35,677 bases of DNA from a virus (taxonomy: Duplodnaviria; Caudoviricetes). The notes under the pieces were generated by a model. That model was not told the origin of the DNA. It saw only the letters and a list, made by a program, of their open reading frames with translations, and ran no database searches. Position numbers and translations under genes: made by a program. Each line of letters starts with the position of its first letter. The first letter of the stretch is position 1. Location: positions 1-35,677 of the IMG/VR virus record IMGVR_UViG_3300022178_000152. The stretch is one strand, 5' to 3'. Below are positions 18,317 through 27,951 of the stretch, in pieces.

Positions 18317-21171
18317 GGTACTATCTGTAACTGACCTAATGTTAAGTCTTCATACGCTATCTCAGCTTCGTCTAGTAAACCTACCATCCTTGGGTGTCTT
18401 AGGTTTATACCTATCACATAAGTCTGTGGTATCTTAATAGGTGTGTCTCTACCTAGCGAAGCTCTCATACCAGATGGTGTAGCGTCAGCGAGTTCTTGTT
18501 TAAGTATATCTGTTATACCTTTGTAGTCCCCACCTCTAGTAGACAACCACTTACGGAAGTGAGCGCGGTCTAACATCAGTGTCCCACTGTCGAATGGGTC
18601 TGATGATACCTTCCTATGTACATCTACTCTAGCTCTAATACCATTACGTGGTACTCGTTCATAGTCAACCATAGGTATCTTACCTGTGTGCATGACCCTA
18701 ACAGTATCACCTGCAAACTCGTTGAGGTACTCTGATATAAGATCAAACGCATCAATCTGGTTTTCTGATACTGTTCTACGTAGAGTACTGATCTGACTAA
18801 GCGCCCACTTAACACAAGGTTCTGACTTGAAAGCTAGTAGCCCCCACCCTTGAGCCAAGTTAATGGCTAAGTCAGCAAGAATAATAACCTGTTCCCAGTA
18901 TCGTTCTTCACCTGTAAACTTAACACCATACTTAGAATGGAAGTTGTTGGTGGCCTCAGCTATCATAGCACGCAACCCTTCTGGCCCAATTTCCATTAAC
19001 TTCTGTATGAATATATCTCCTGCCCCACCATAGTTTGTAGACATAAGGTCAAAGAGTTTCTTACCTATGTTAGAACTATCTGTGAATAACTTGCTAGGTG
19101 TAACAGTAAGCTCAAGTAGTCTAGCCATCTGCGCGTCAGTGTCTAACCCTGATGCAACCATCTTAGAACTAAGCGGTCTGTTAGTAGAGACTATGCAGAA
19201 CGTAGCCCATGTCTTAGCCTCACGTTCTTCTGCGTTCCTATTAAGCCTAGCTTTATCTCTACCTTGGCTGACCCAATATAAGAAATCACCTACGTCTTTA
19301 TCGGACATCATCGTAACTTCGTCTATAGTTATAGGTAGGTTAGCGTACAAACCAAACCTGCTAAACAGTGTGTTCTGCGTGTACTTAGCTTGGAAGTGTA
19401 GCTTATCTGGATTACCCCATACTGATTGAGCCATTAACTGTGCTAAAGATTTACCACCACCTGTCTTACCGAACAGGGATACAGTCATACCTTTAAGGCC
19501 AGTGAACTCAAGTAGCGGTGAGGCCAGACTTATACCTATAGAGAACATGTGAGCATCTAGGTCAGCACGTTGTAGTAAACCTGTCATACCTTTCCATGTG
19601 TCTAGGTCTCCCGACACACCAAACATATCACTACCTATACGAGAAGAAGCAGACGCTAGTTTTATAGATTCTTTTTCTATAGTACTATCAGGCTTACGCC
19701 TGTATAAAGTATCACCTAAGACAAATAGTTTGTGGTCTTCTTTCCAACCCATTGAAGCGTAAAGGTTAGTCATAGTTCTGAACTTACGCAATTCATTCAT
19801 GTATGAACGTAACATATACTGAAAGTACTCCGTTTGTTTTTTAGTTATTAACACAATACCTTGGTCAGCTACTATACTAACAAAGTATTGGTACGTACCA
19901 TCTGCTAGGTAAGCCTGTCTTAGTATTAAGTCTTGCCAACCTACATGTGGTCTGTTCCATTTAAACCTACATACCTCGTAGCCCAGTGATTCATCTCGGC
20001 CATAGCTTACAGGGTATATATCAAAGTCACATACATCTATATCAGTATCGTCCAAGGTAATCTTTATACCGCTTTGCGCTCTCTTGAATGGCTTAGGTAT
20101 GTTGATCTCAGTTATCACATCTTCGGGTGCATCTGCCGATGTATCTACCTCTTCAAACTGCGCACCTAGTCTGGTAGGGCTTCCGATCTTACCGCTAAAC
20201 GGACACCCCTTACACCCCCCTGGCCTTTCGCTGTCAAACTTAGCACAAGTTGTTGGCCCATCTACAGCCTGTCGCCAGTTGCGCAACTTACGCAGTGTCT
20301 CAGCTTCATCATAACTAGGATGGTTCTTACTCCACTCCTTGGCTGTCTCTTCTGGGTCTACACAAAACGCCGCCACGCCTATAAGGTTATACCACATAGG
20401 TTCTTGCACTTGGTCTTGGTTATCCACAGCCCAAGCAATCTGCTGACATTTAGTCTTGACTACACTGGCTACTGATGGTGGGTACTCTTGTTCTACGGCC
20501 AAGTTAGCTAACAAAGAACTACCTTGAACAGCTTTCTTTAGGCCTATAGGCGGTGCTACTATGTAATCTTTAAAGCACTCTGCCATTTGTTCTGGTGTTA
20601 CAGGGGGCTTGTCTACCAATAGCTTTACTTGGTTGCCACCCTTGGGGTTATGTGTACCTACTGCTCGTAGTACTCTTGCACTATCGGCAGGGACAGACAT
20701 ATCCTGTTTAAAATTATTCTCATAAACACAACGCTTCATAGCATCAGCAAGAGGTTGCCACTCGGTTGGCTCTAGTTCTCTCGTGAGTACCCAGTATACA
20801 TGAAGCCCATTACCTGATGATACCACCATAGGCTTGGGTAGCCCTGTGTCTTTTATAAATTTTAGTAGGGCTTGTAGCCCCTCTTTCTGCGATGGATAAT
20901 CTTTACCTTCACCGCAATCTACGTCCATATACAACGCCTTGGTCGTACGTACGTTAGATTGTTTCCTACTTTCTTTCGTTACAAACGCTGACGTAGCGTA
21001 GTAAACATTTCTTTTTCTCTTATCTAAACTGATAAGTGCCTGCTCAAGTTCTCCAACGGAGTTGTAAAAGGCTTGTCTCAGGTAATCTTTTTCACCCTGA
21101 CGTTCTACAACTATTGTGCAGTATATACCCTCCGTCGGCAAAACTCGCTGAAGAAAACTCAACGTGTCCAT
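18313..21171 (-). CDS. DNA primase-helicase (AEP/RepB-like primase, PriCT-like, DUF927 helicase)
   Basis: YMDVD and SSGNGLHVYW primase motifs, RVLRAVGTHN, Cys cluster CAKFDSERPGGCKGC, Walker A GKTGGGKS, Walker B ITIDE. Confidence 0.88.
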   Translation of the reverse strand: MDTLSFLQRVLPTEGIYCTIVVERQGEKDYLRQAFYNSVGELEQALISLDKRKRNVYYATSAFVTKESRKQSNVRTTKALYMDVDCGEGKDYPSQKEGLQALLKFIKDTGLPKPMVVSSGNGLHVYWVLTRELEPTEWQPLADAMKRCVYENNFKQDMSVPADSARVLRAVGTHNPKGGNQVKLLVDKPPVTPEQMAECFKDYIVAPPIGLKKAVQGSSLLANLAVEQEYPPSVASVVKTKCQQIAWAVDNQDQVQEPMWYNLIGVAAFCVDPEETAKEWSKNHPSYDEAETLRKLRNWRQAVDGPTTCAKFDSERPGGCKGCPFSGKIGSPTRLGAQFEEVDTSADAPEDVITEINIPKPFKRAQSGIKITLDDTDIDVCDFDIYPVSYGRDESLGYEVCRFKWNRPHVGWQDLILRQAYLADGTYQYFVSIVADQGIVLITKKQTEYFQYMLRSYMNELRKFRTMTNLYASMGWKEDHKLFVLGDTLYRRKPDSTIEKESIKLASASSRIGSDMFGVSGDLDTWKGMTGLLQRADLDAHMFSIGISLASPLLEFTGLKGMTVSLFGKTGGGKSLAQLMAQSVWGNPDKLHFQAKYTQNTLFSRFGLYANLPITIDEVTMMSDKDVGDFLYWVSQGRDKARLNRNAEEREAKTWATFCIVSTNRPLSSKMVASGLDTDAQMARLLELTVTPSKLFTDSSNIGKKLFDLMSTNYGGAGDIFIQKLMEIGPEGLRAMIAEATNNFHSKYGVKFTGEERYWEQVIILADLAINLAQGWGLLAFKSEPCVKWALSQISTLRRTVSENQIDAFDLISEYLNEFAGDTVRVMHTGKIPMVDYERVPRNGIRARVDVHRKVSSDPFDSGTLMLDRAHFRKWLSTRGGDYKGITDILKQELADATPSGMRASLGRDTPIKIPQTYVIGINLRHPRMVGLLDEAEIAYEDLTLGQLQIVP

Positions 21172-21190
21172 GTGTTACTGCCTTTTATGT

Positions 21191-21218
21191 GGGGGGTAAA
21201 TACCCCCCTTGTTTTTCT
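21191..21218 (+). terminator. intrinsic terminator-like hairpin, oriented on the + strand
   Basis: GGGGGGT-AAAT-ACCCCCC followed by TTGTTTTTCT; lies in the HTH/primase intergenic gap. Confidence 0.6.
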
Positions 21219-21221
21219 ATA

Positions 21222-21515
21222 CTACTCCTGAGTTTCTAAAATCTCAAGTAAAGTTTCGTATCTGGATAACGCGCTCATACTTCTTGAACTCTCGGTAGGC
21301 CATTGGCCTTCCTTAACAAGAGATATTAGTTGTCGCAATATCCGTTTCGCTTTAGCTTCATTGTTATCACGAATGGGCTTACCTCTAACCCACCCATAAT
21401 AAGTCATCCGCGACACACCCATAAGCTGTGACATATGTTTAACACTAAGGAGCATATGCTCCCTAAGTGCTTCAACCTTTTCAAAGTCTAATGGTTTCTT
21501 AGTCATCTGCACCAA
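21222..21515 (-). CDS. XRE/Cro-like helix-turn-helix protein
   Basis: LREHMLLSVKHMSQLMGVSRMTYYGWVRG HTH signature. Confidence 0.8.
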   Translation of the reverse strand: MVQMTKKPLDFEKVEALREHMLLSVKHMSQLMGVSRMTYYGWVRGKPIRDNNEAKAKRILRQLISLVKEGQWPTESSRSMSALSRYETLLEILETQE

Positions 21516-22458
21516 GGTCTCCTAGTAAATCGTCAATCTCACTGGCAAGATTACCTACGTCCGCATCGACAACCTTCGCAGCTTTAGGTTCTTCTTCTCT
21601 GGCTGCAGGGGCTTCAATCTTCGCAGCCTGAGTTTGTCCAGAACCAAAGCCGTGTGTTGTCTTAGCCTCTTTGCCAGCGGGGTCTGGTGTAGCTTTTACC
21701 AGAACAGGTTTAGGGTTCTTTGTCTCCGTAATTACCGGGGGAATAGCAGGTAACACTTCGCCTGTTATCTCTTTAACTTGCTCAGAACCAAACACATTTT
21801 CTAATGCTGACTGTGTAGTCTCATCAATGAAGCCGCCAAAGCCAAACAATAACTTAGGGAATGACGCATCAGTATCAAAGGATACTACTGTCTTAACTAT
21901 CTCTGGTGGAATACCGCGTGTCGATAGTTCTTTCTGGTATGCGTTGAGACCTTTTAGTGCGGCAGGTGTTACTTGTAGTAGGTAGACCTTACCTGTAGGA
22001 TCATCAGCCGCAACTACAGCAAGACGTTTCTGGTCGGCACATGCTTTAAGTTGTTGACCATTGTTCCCAGTTTTAGAACCCCATGCGTTCCACTGACACG
22101 CCGCACATACATCGTTCTGTGGCGTTTCACTGTCAGGGTGAGGGCTTGTGCCATCTAAGGAATAACAATCAGGTGCGCTAGCTTCCGCATCTTTGTCCCA
22201 CGCTTTAGCGTAGTAAGTTTTAGATAGCTTAGGGTTAGCACCCACAATAACTACTGGTAACTTAGTAGTATCTAAGACTGTCTCTGTGCCGTCTTCTACT
22301 ATGCGGAAGCGACTACCTTTAATAGATATTTTAGCGAAGCCACTACCTTCACCACTTGTAATGCCACCTGTTAGTGACTGTGCTAAAGAGGAAGGTTGCC
22401 CTACTTTACCTGCTAGGTGTGCAGGGATTTGGATATTTGTTGGTACTAGGTTGCTCAT
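21499..22458 (-). CDS. putative single-stranded DNA-binding/annealing protein
   Basis: In the replication block; ISIKGSRF, PDCYSLDG, CAACQWN, KAC motifs; acidic C-terminal tail (IDDLLGDLGADD). Function is inference. Confidence 0.55.
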   Translation of the reverse strand: MSNLVPTNIQIPAHLAGKVGQPSSLAQSLTGGITSGEGSGFAKISIKGSRFRIVEDGTETVLDTTKLPVVIVGANPKLSKTYYAKAWDKDAEASAPDCYSLDGTSPHPDSETPQNDVCAACQWNAWGSKTGNNGQQLKACADQKRLAVVAADDPTGKVYLLQVTPAALKGLNAYQKELSTRGIPPEIVKTVVSFDTDASFPKLLFGFGGFIDETTQSALENVFGSEQVKEITGEVLPAIPPVITETKNPKPVLVKATPDPAGKEAKTTHGFGSGQTQAAKIEAPAAREEEPKAAKVVDADVGNLASEIDDLLGDLGADD

Positions 22459-22459
22459 T

Positions 22460-22858
22460 TTACTCTCCTTTGAGTACTGGTTTACGAATGTTTATGTCTA
22501 GCTTAGTGCCGTAGTTGACACCTGCAGGGACAGATTTGTTTGCTTCAATGTATCCACGTACAGCCATCTTGCTTACACGTTTCTCAAGCATGTCATACGC
22601 ATCATTATCGCGTATAAAATTTAGCACTGAATCCCAATCAGCTACAGCCGCAAAGTCTGTAGTGGTTAAGAAAGCAGTACCACTGTCTGTTTTGAATGAC
22701 GTTACACCATCCTCATCAGCCTTAACTTTTAACCAAGCCTCTAGCTTAGTCATCTTTTCTTTATATACCTTGGCTTCTGCCTTGGCGGCGGCCTCTATAG
22801 CCTCCTTTTTTAAGCGCAACTTCATGTATGCACCTATAACTTCTTCTACTGTAGCCAT
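22460..22858 (-). CDS. coiled-coil phage protein, possibly Gam-like
   Basis: N-terminal coiled coil, then SFKTDSGTA, VADWDS, LEKRVS...VPAGV pattern. Confidence 0.5.
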   Translation of the reverse strand: MATVEEVIGAYMKLRLKKEAIEAAAKAEAKVYKEKMTKLEAWLKVKADEDGVTSFKTDSGTAFLTTTDFAAVADWDSVLNFIRDNDAYDMLEKRVSKMAVRGYIEANKSVPAGVNYGTKLDINIRKPVLKGE

Positions 22859-22861
22859 GTG

Positions 22862-24412
22862 TTACTCCATCTCCTTCTGGATTAAATCTAATAGTAAGCC
22901 TTGTAGCTTCTGTTTATTAGCAAGTCGCTCGTACATAATATGTTCTATCTGCGTAGCCTCTATATGTACCACATTAGATGTGTGCTTCTTGCCAATCCTC
23001 TCGATACGACCATTGGCTTGGACGTACTGTTCGTTACTGGTAACTGGCCCATACCAAACAACAGTAGATGCTGATGTTAGGGTCAAACCATGTGCCATTG
23101 TAGCAGGGTGCGCTATCAAAACCCTTGGGTCTCTAGCGTTCTGAAAGTCTTGAAATATAATGTTGCGTTTAGATGCAGGTACTTGTCCGTTAACTACAGC
23201 TACACTCCACGTCTTACTTAGCTCTCGCTCTAGCATATGTAATGTACCTGTAAGTGGCACAAATACTATGACCTTCTGCCCTGCTTCTTGTATAACTTCT
23301 TTGACAGCGTTTACCCTAGGCTGACAGTCTAGTTCTACGTTCTGTCCGTCGTCACTATAGGCAACACCACATGCTATCTGAACAAGTTTCTGTAACTTAA
23401 CCGCCTCGTTGACAGCAGTTATAGTACCCTCGACAGCCGCTTCTGTAACCAGATGGCGCATCATAGTTTGGTAATGCTTAGTCTGTTCGGGGGTCATAGG
23501 TACAGCCCTAGTCTGGCGCACTGTATCAGGTAGATCAAAGCACTCGTCTCTAGTATATCTGACAGCAGGTTGTAGTGTATGCTTAACAATATCCATACTG
23601 TTCTGCCTCGGCACATACTTATACTGGCCTATCTTCATCATCACCTGTTCTCTAAAACCTGTGTAGGTCTTACTAACATTTTGATTACCTACTAGAGTAG
23701 CTAAAGCCCAAGCATCTGTAGGGTCATTAGGTGTAGGTGTACCTGTCATAAGCCATAAGCGCATGTGTTCGTGTTGCTTCAACCACTTGCGGAATATCTT
23801 AAACCTACTGGTAGATGGGTTACGTAGCACTGCCGCCTCATCTATAATAACAAGGTCGAACATATCCTTTATGTCATCACGTATAATATTAAATCCATCG
23901 TGATTAATGATATAGAAGTCAGCCTCGGTGTTTAGTAATTTCTTACGCCTTGCCGCAGTACCATGTAGCACAACGTGTTTGCGGTGTATAAGCCCTGTAA
24001 AAACCCCGTCACCCCAGACACGCTCAAGTGTAGATAGAGGTGAGAGTATAAGTACTTTCTTTACCGCACCCACTGATATTAAATAGTCAGCCGCCCATAG
24101 TGCGCTCTGTGTCTTACCAGTACCTATCTCGTTAAGTACTAAAGCCCTTGTGTTCATGGTAAGAAACGCAGAAGTCATGCGTTGGTGGTCATACGGCGTG
24201 AACTGTCCTACCCAATCATAATAATGTAGTATAGGTGAAGGTGCTTTTATACCAAGCTCGCGTAACATACCCACTTCTTTAATCCTATGCGGCGCTACAA
24301 CGTAGTCAACACCATTCTTAACCCATGCTTTAGCAGTAGGTACAGTAGCCAGTACACGTTGTGGGTTATTAAGTTTTAATACTATCGCCTTTGATTTCTC
24401 TATTACATACAC
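22862..24412 (-). CDS. SNF2-like superfamily 2 helicase
   Basis: PYDHQ Q-motif, EIGTGKT, DEAA, MTGTP, HGLTLT, QANGRIERIG. Confidence 0.9.
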   Translation of the reverse strand: MYVIEKSKAIVLKLNNPQRVLATVPTAKAWVKNGVDYVVAPHRIKEVGMLRELGIKAPSPILHYYDWVGQFTPYDHQRMTSAFLTMNTRALVLNEIGTGKTQSALWAADYLISVGAVKKVLILSPLSTLERVWGDGVFTGLIHRKHVVLHGTAARRKKLLNTEADFYIINHDGFNIIRDDIKDMFDLVIIDEAAVLRNPSTSRFKIFRKWLKQHEHMRLWLMTGTPTPNDPTDAWALATLVGNQNVSKTYTGFREQVMMKIGQYKYVPRQNSMDIVKHTLQPAVRYTRDECFDLPDTVRQTRAVPMTPEQTKHYQTMMRHLVTEAAVEGTITAVNEAVKLQKLVQIACGVAYSDDGQNVELDCQPRVNAVKEVIQEAGQKVIVFVPLTGTLHMLERELSKTWSVAVVNGQVPASKRNIIFQDFQNARDPRVLIAHPATMAHGLTLTSASTVVWYGPVTSNEQYVQANGRIERIGKKHTSNVVHIEATQIEHIMYERLANKQKLQGLLLDLIQKEME

Positions 24413-24698
24413 GGATGTATTCCCTCACCATCTCTATTGTCTCATCATCACAAGCAACAAAACATTTGCCACCTGCATCTTCTATGTTTGCCATCGCTCG
24501 TTCTTGTAAACGTGTAGGTTTCTTTGTCCTATCTGATTTACATTCAACGCCAAGGAATAAACCCCTAACTATAGCAACCCTATCTGGTATCCCTGCCGCG
24601 CCAAATGGCCCTGCTTGTGGGCTATAGTACCAGATACCTTCTTCCTTAAACATCTTGTCTAATTTTTTCTTGATACGCCCTTCGGGTGTAGTAGCCAT
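24369..24698 (-). CDS. VRR-NUC domain nuclease (Holliday junction resolvase-like)
   Basis: TPEGRIK, GIPD, GVECKS, PTRLQ, AGG motifs. Confidence 0.9.
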   Translation of the reverse strand: MATTPEGRIKKKLDKMFKEEGIWYYSPQAGPFGAAGIPDRVAIVRGLFLGVECKSDRTKKPTRLQERAMANIEDAGGKCFVACDDETIEMVREYIRVCNREIKGDSIKT

Positions 24699-24732
24699 GT
24701 GTACTCCTATCTGTAAAGTATGTCAAGTTTAG

Positions 24733-25389
24733 TTATGAATATTCGCAAAAGTTTTTACAAGGACACCAGTTGCATAGCCCACTAGGTTTGGCAGGCCAGT
24801 TGTCTGTCTCAAGCGACTTCTCTATACGTACTACCTTATTCATAAGACGCGCCCATAGTTCTGGTTCGTTGTCTCTGGTATACGTTTCGTGATCCATTGA
24901 TAAATCTTTTAGCCATACGAAAGCAGTACGCACTCGCTTAACTTCTGGGTAATGTTTGAATACCTGTAGTGCAAACAACTCTAGCTGAGAGAAGTCTGGC
25001 CTACGTTTGCCTGTCTTCCAATCAAACATTATAGCCTCATCCCCTCGAATGACTAAGACATCTACGATAGACCGCATCCATGCGTCTTTAGAGAACCAAC
25101 TAGTAGGTTCTAAAGCTACGTTAAGTGTAAGCTGTTGCTCTACTAACAACTCACCCCCGATTGCTAGCTTAACAATAGACTGACATAACGGATCATAACG
25201 AGCAACCTCTTGTGGTAACTCAGTCGCCTTGGCTAGTCGGTCTTCAAGGAACTTATGCACACGCTCACCCCATATGGTAGCCTCACCCCCCTGATCTTTG
25301 ACTTCTTTAAGTACACGTTGGTGGTAGTATCTCTTGGGGCAATTCTCATACATCTTAATTGCTGAGAAAGAGTGTGATAGTTTGGTCAT
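24733..25389 (-). CDS. PD-(D/E)XK exonuclease, Cas4/AddB-like
   Basis: SFSAIKMYENCP, G..VH..LE, VDVL, DWKTGK, QLELFA and C-terminal CNWCPCKNFC. Confidence 0.88.
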   Translation of the reverse strand: MTKLSHSFSAIKMYENCPKRYYHQRVLKEVKDQGGEATIWGERVHKFLEDRLAKATELPQEVARYDPLCQSIVKLAIGGELLVEQQLTLNVALEPTSWFSKDAWMRSIVDVLVIRGDEAIMFDWKTGKRRPDFSQLELFALQVFKHYPEVKRVRTAFVWLKDLSMDHETYTRDNEPELWARLMNKVVRIEKSLETDNWPAKPSGLCNWCPCKNFCEYS

Positions 25390-27227
25390 TTAGCGTCTCC
25401 GTAGTTAGCACCTATATCCGCTTCGCAAGCAACAGGTAGATCAGTCGCCCATTGAGGCGGTGTAGACATTACTTCTACCATAAAATCCCTAGCTTCCTCA
25501 GCCTTATCTTCATCTACTATACACACTACTTCATCGTGTACTTGTAGAGCTACATGGTATCGTTGTCCTATCGCTACCATCTGTTCAGCTACAACTATAC
25601 GAGCAACAGCTTGTGTTATGTTCTCTACAACTTTACCGCCATAAATCTTAGTCCACTTGGTAGTATCCATGTGTCTATTCTTATATGATCTGGCGTTGTT
25701 TATATACTCATGTCCGTCTTCACCTCTGCGTAGTGCAGGGTATCTTATATAAAATCCATTGGGCATACGGATACCTTGTTCATCATAGCTAAGTATATTA
25801 CATAGCTGTCCAGAACCTCCCGATGATAACGCTTTTAGGACATGGTTACTCCTGTTCCACAGCGATACTATCTTATGGTTCTTGTTCCTGTACAAATCCA
25901 CAACACGTTTAGCTTCCCCTGTTTCTACTACTACAGACGGATACCCTGACTTGAGTGACGCTTGGAACTTATCAGCTCCCATACCATAACCTAACCCAAG
26001 TATAGCTGTCTTACCAACGTGACGCTCTAGCTTGTTGGCTTTTGTTACTGGCTTGCCATACACATCGGACGCGAACTCAGAGTATACATCATTACCTGAC
26101 GCAAAAGATTTAAGTAAGTCTTTCTGGTCTGCTAAGTACGCTACCATACGAGCCTCGATCTGCGACGAATCACATGCCACAACAAGTTGTCCTTTGGGTG
26201 CAGTCAATGCCGCCCTTAGCTTGCCGTTACGCGGTAGGTTCTGTAGGTTTACCTTATCACCTCCACTAAACCTACCAGTATGCGCTCCATAATAGTTAAG
26301 CATTATAGGTAGTCGCCCTCGTTCAGCTATACCCATGAAAGATATAGTCCTACTCTCTTCTATGGTAGACTTAACACCTAGCCTTGCTTCTACAACCGCC
26401 CTTACTGATGGCTTCGGATGATCTAGTAACTCTTTAAACCCTTGATCCGTCTTAGCAAAAGCAAACGCTTCTTTACCTGTAGTAGGGCTTACTTTCATAG
26501 GTGGTGTAACACCTAGTGCTTTCAATAGACTAGCGAACTTAGGGTTAGACATAAGTATGTCCTTAGCTTTAGCCTCTCCACCTAACTTGTCTAGTAGTGC
26601 AGTCTTCTGATCCTGAATAAGATGTAAGTGTTCTACCAACACGTTGTTGTCTAGTCTTATAGTAGGTTCAGTATACATTCGTAGGGTCTGGTCTATCACC
26701 ATCAACTCACTACTTGGAAAACCTTTAGCTAACTTCTTAAATAGTTTGTATGTTAGCTCTACATCTTGGACGCAGTAATCTGCATAGCGGTTCATATCCT
26801 CGGCAGTAAAGTCCTCACGCCTTTTACCCATAGCATTTATAACTTCATCGCCCTTCTGACCTAGGCCGTAATGATCTGACAACACCTTGAGCGAACCTCC
26901 TACTGTCATCTGATGCTTGGGACGTGCCATAGACAACGTATCTAACCATAGTTTAGGTTGGATATTAAAGTGCCACCCCAGTATAGCACCATCAAACGCT
27001 GTGTTGTGTGCTAGTATAGCTTTGTTACTATAGTCTATTGATCGTAAGAACCTGCTAGGATTATCTCCGCTATACCAATCGGTATCATGGTCGTTTACTT
27101 TAACGCCTACACCTATAACTTCAAACCTTGGGTCTCTTATGTACGCTTCAGTCGTCATCTTTCTTAGGCTGTAGTCTTTGTCGTAGTACGTCTCGAAATC
27201 CAACGTCACTATGTCCATCATCTTCAT
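25386..27227 (-). CDS. polA: DNA polymerase family A with 3'-5' exonuclease
   Basis: Exo motifs DFET, AHNTAFD, YCVQD; HTGRFS, motif A DSSQIEAR, motif B RHVGKTAILGLGYG, motif C VHDE. Confidence 0.95.
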   Translation of the reverse strand: MKMMDIVTLDFETYYDKDYSLRKMTTEAYIRDPRFEVIGVGVKVNDHDTDWYSGDNPSRFLRSIDYSNKAILAHNTAFDGAILGWHFNIQPKLWLDTLSMARPKHQMTVGGSLKVLSDHYGLGQKGDEVINAMGKRREDFTAEDMNRYADYCVQDVELTYKLFKKLAKGFPSSELMVIDQTLRMYTEPTIRLDNNVLVEHLHLIQDQKTALLDKLGGEAKAKDILMSNPKFASLLKALGVTPPMKVSPTTGKEAFAFAKTDQGFKELLDHPKPSVRAVVEARLGVKSTIEESRTISFMGIAERGRLPIMLNYYGAHTGRFSGGDKVNLQNLPRNGKLRAALTAPKGQLVVACDSSQIEARMVAYLADQKDLLKSFASGNDVYSEFASDVYGKPVTKANKLERHVGKTAILGLGYGMGADKFQASLKSGYPSVVVETGEAKRVVDLYRNKNHKIVSLWNRSNHVLKALSSGGSGQLCNILSYDEQGIRMPNGFYIRYPALRRGEDGHEYINNARSYKNRHMDTTKWTKIYGGKVVENITQAVARIVVAEQMVAIGQRYHVALQVHDEVVCIVDEDKAEEARDFMVEVMSTPPQWATDLPVACEADIGANYGDAK

Positions 27228-27319
27228 CTCTCCAAGGTGTTTCTACTAATGTTACTGTAGATTTATCGGACTGAGCATAATATATGCCCAGTTCCTTTTT
27301 TAATTTGGTAAGTATCTTC

Positions 27320-27751
27320 CTATTTTTTGGCCGCAATCTCACCACCACATGCCATATAGCCTGCACCATCTATAAAGTTGTCTAGGTTAGCAGGATTAGA
27401 TTTGATGCGTGCTATTTTTAATAGGTTCATCATCACCGCTACATCAGTAGGTTCTATTAGCCACCCAAGATGTATGCTCCAGTAGTCAGCTATAAGCGTA
27501 AAGTTTTTCTCCATGTCACCATGTTGAGAAGCCCTGTCTTTAGTTACATACTCTTTAGCTTTGTCTAGTATGTCACCACGCTTCATAGGTTTAGGTGCTT
27601 CAAGTATTTCTTTAGGCGTACCTGTCCTACCCATTAGAGACGTAACGTATGTAATGTGCGCTCCACAAGCCTTAGCTATCTGCCTGTTTGTAGCTGTTGG
27701 ATTAGCTAACTTATACTTCCAGATTTTATCTGCTTTTAATTTCTTCTTCAT
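27320..27751 (-). CDS. DUF6378-like protein with N-terminal HTH-like segment
   Basis: ILDKAKEYVTKDRASQHG...NF..IADYWS, DVAVMMNLLKIAR, DNFIDGAGY; N-terminal NPTATNRQIAKACG. Confidence 0.75.
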   Translation of the reverse strand: MKKKLKADKIWKYKLANPTATNRQIAKACGAHITYVTSLMGRTGTPKEILEAPKPMKRGDILDKAKEYVTKDRASQHGDMEKNFTLIADYWSIHLGWLIEPTDVAVMMNLLKIARIKSNPANLDNFIDGAGYMACGGEIAAKK

Positions 27752-27768
27752 GTGTTACTTCCTTATGA

Positions 27769-27951
27769 TTATAGTTTATTTTCTCTGGTGTAGGCGGAGA
27801 CACTACCTCCCTTAGCTCCGCCCTCTTTGCTGTTACCTACATTCTTCATAGGTCTTTGTCTCGCACGCAGTGCAGAGTTATCTGCCATGTCTTTCTTTAT
27901 TTGTTTTTCCCACTTTATTCGGTAGTTGTCTTCGGCTTCTTCACGCTTCAT
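27769..27951 (-). CDS. small basic hypothetical protein (about 60 aa)
   Basis: Probable start MKREEAED at 27951, overlapping the upstream gene end by 11 nt; the track's longer N-terminus overlaps the 295-aa gene. Confidence 0.55.
   Translation of the reverse strand: MKREEAEDNYRIKWEKQIKKDMADNSALRARQRPMKNVGNSKEGGAKGGSVSAYTRENKL

Noticed and set aside
27148-27369. 73-aa - strand ORF bridging the DUF6378-like gene and the polymerase
   Set aside because: Overlaps both neighbours substantially, has no clear SD, and the gap is explained by a hairpin; a gene remnant cannot be fully excluded.
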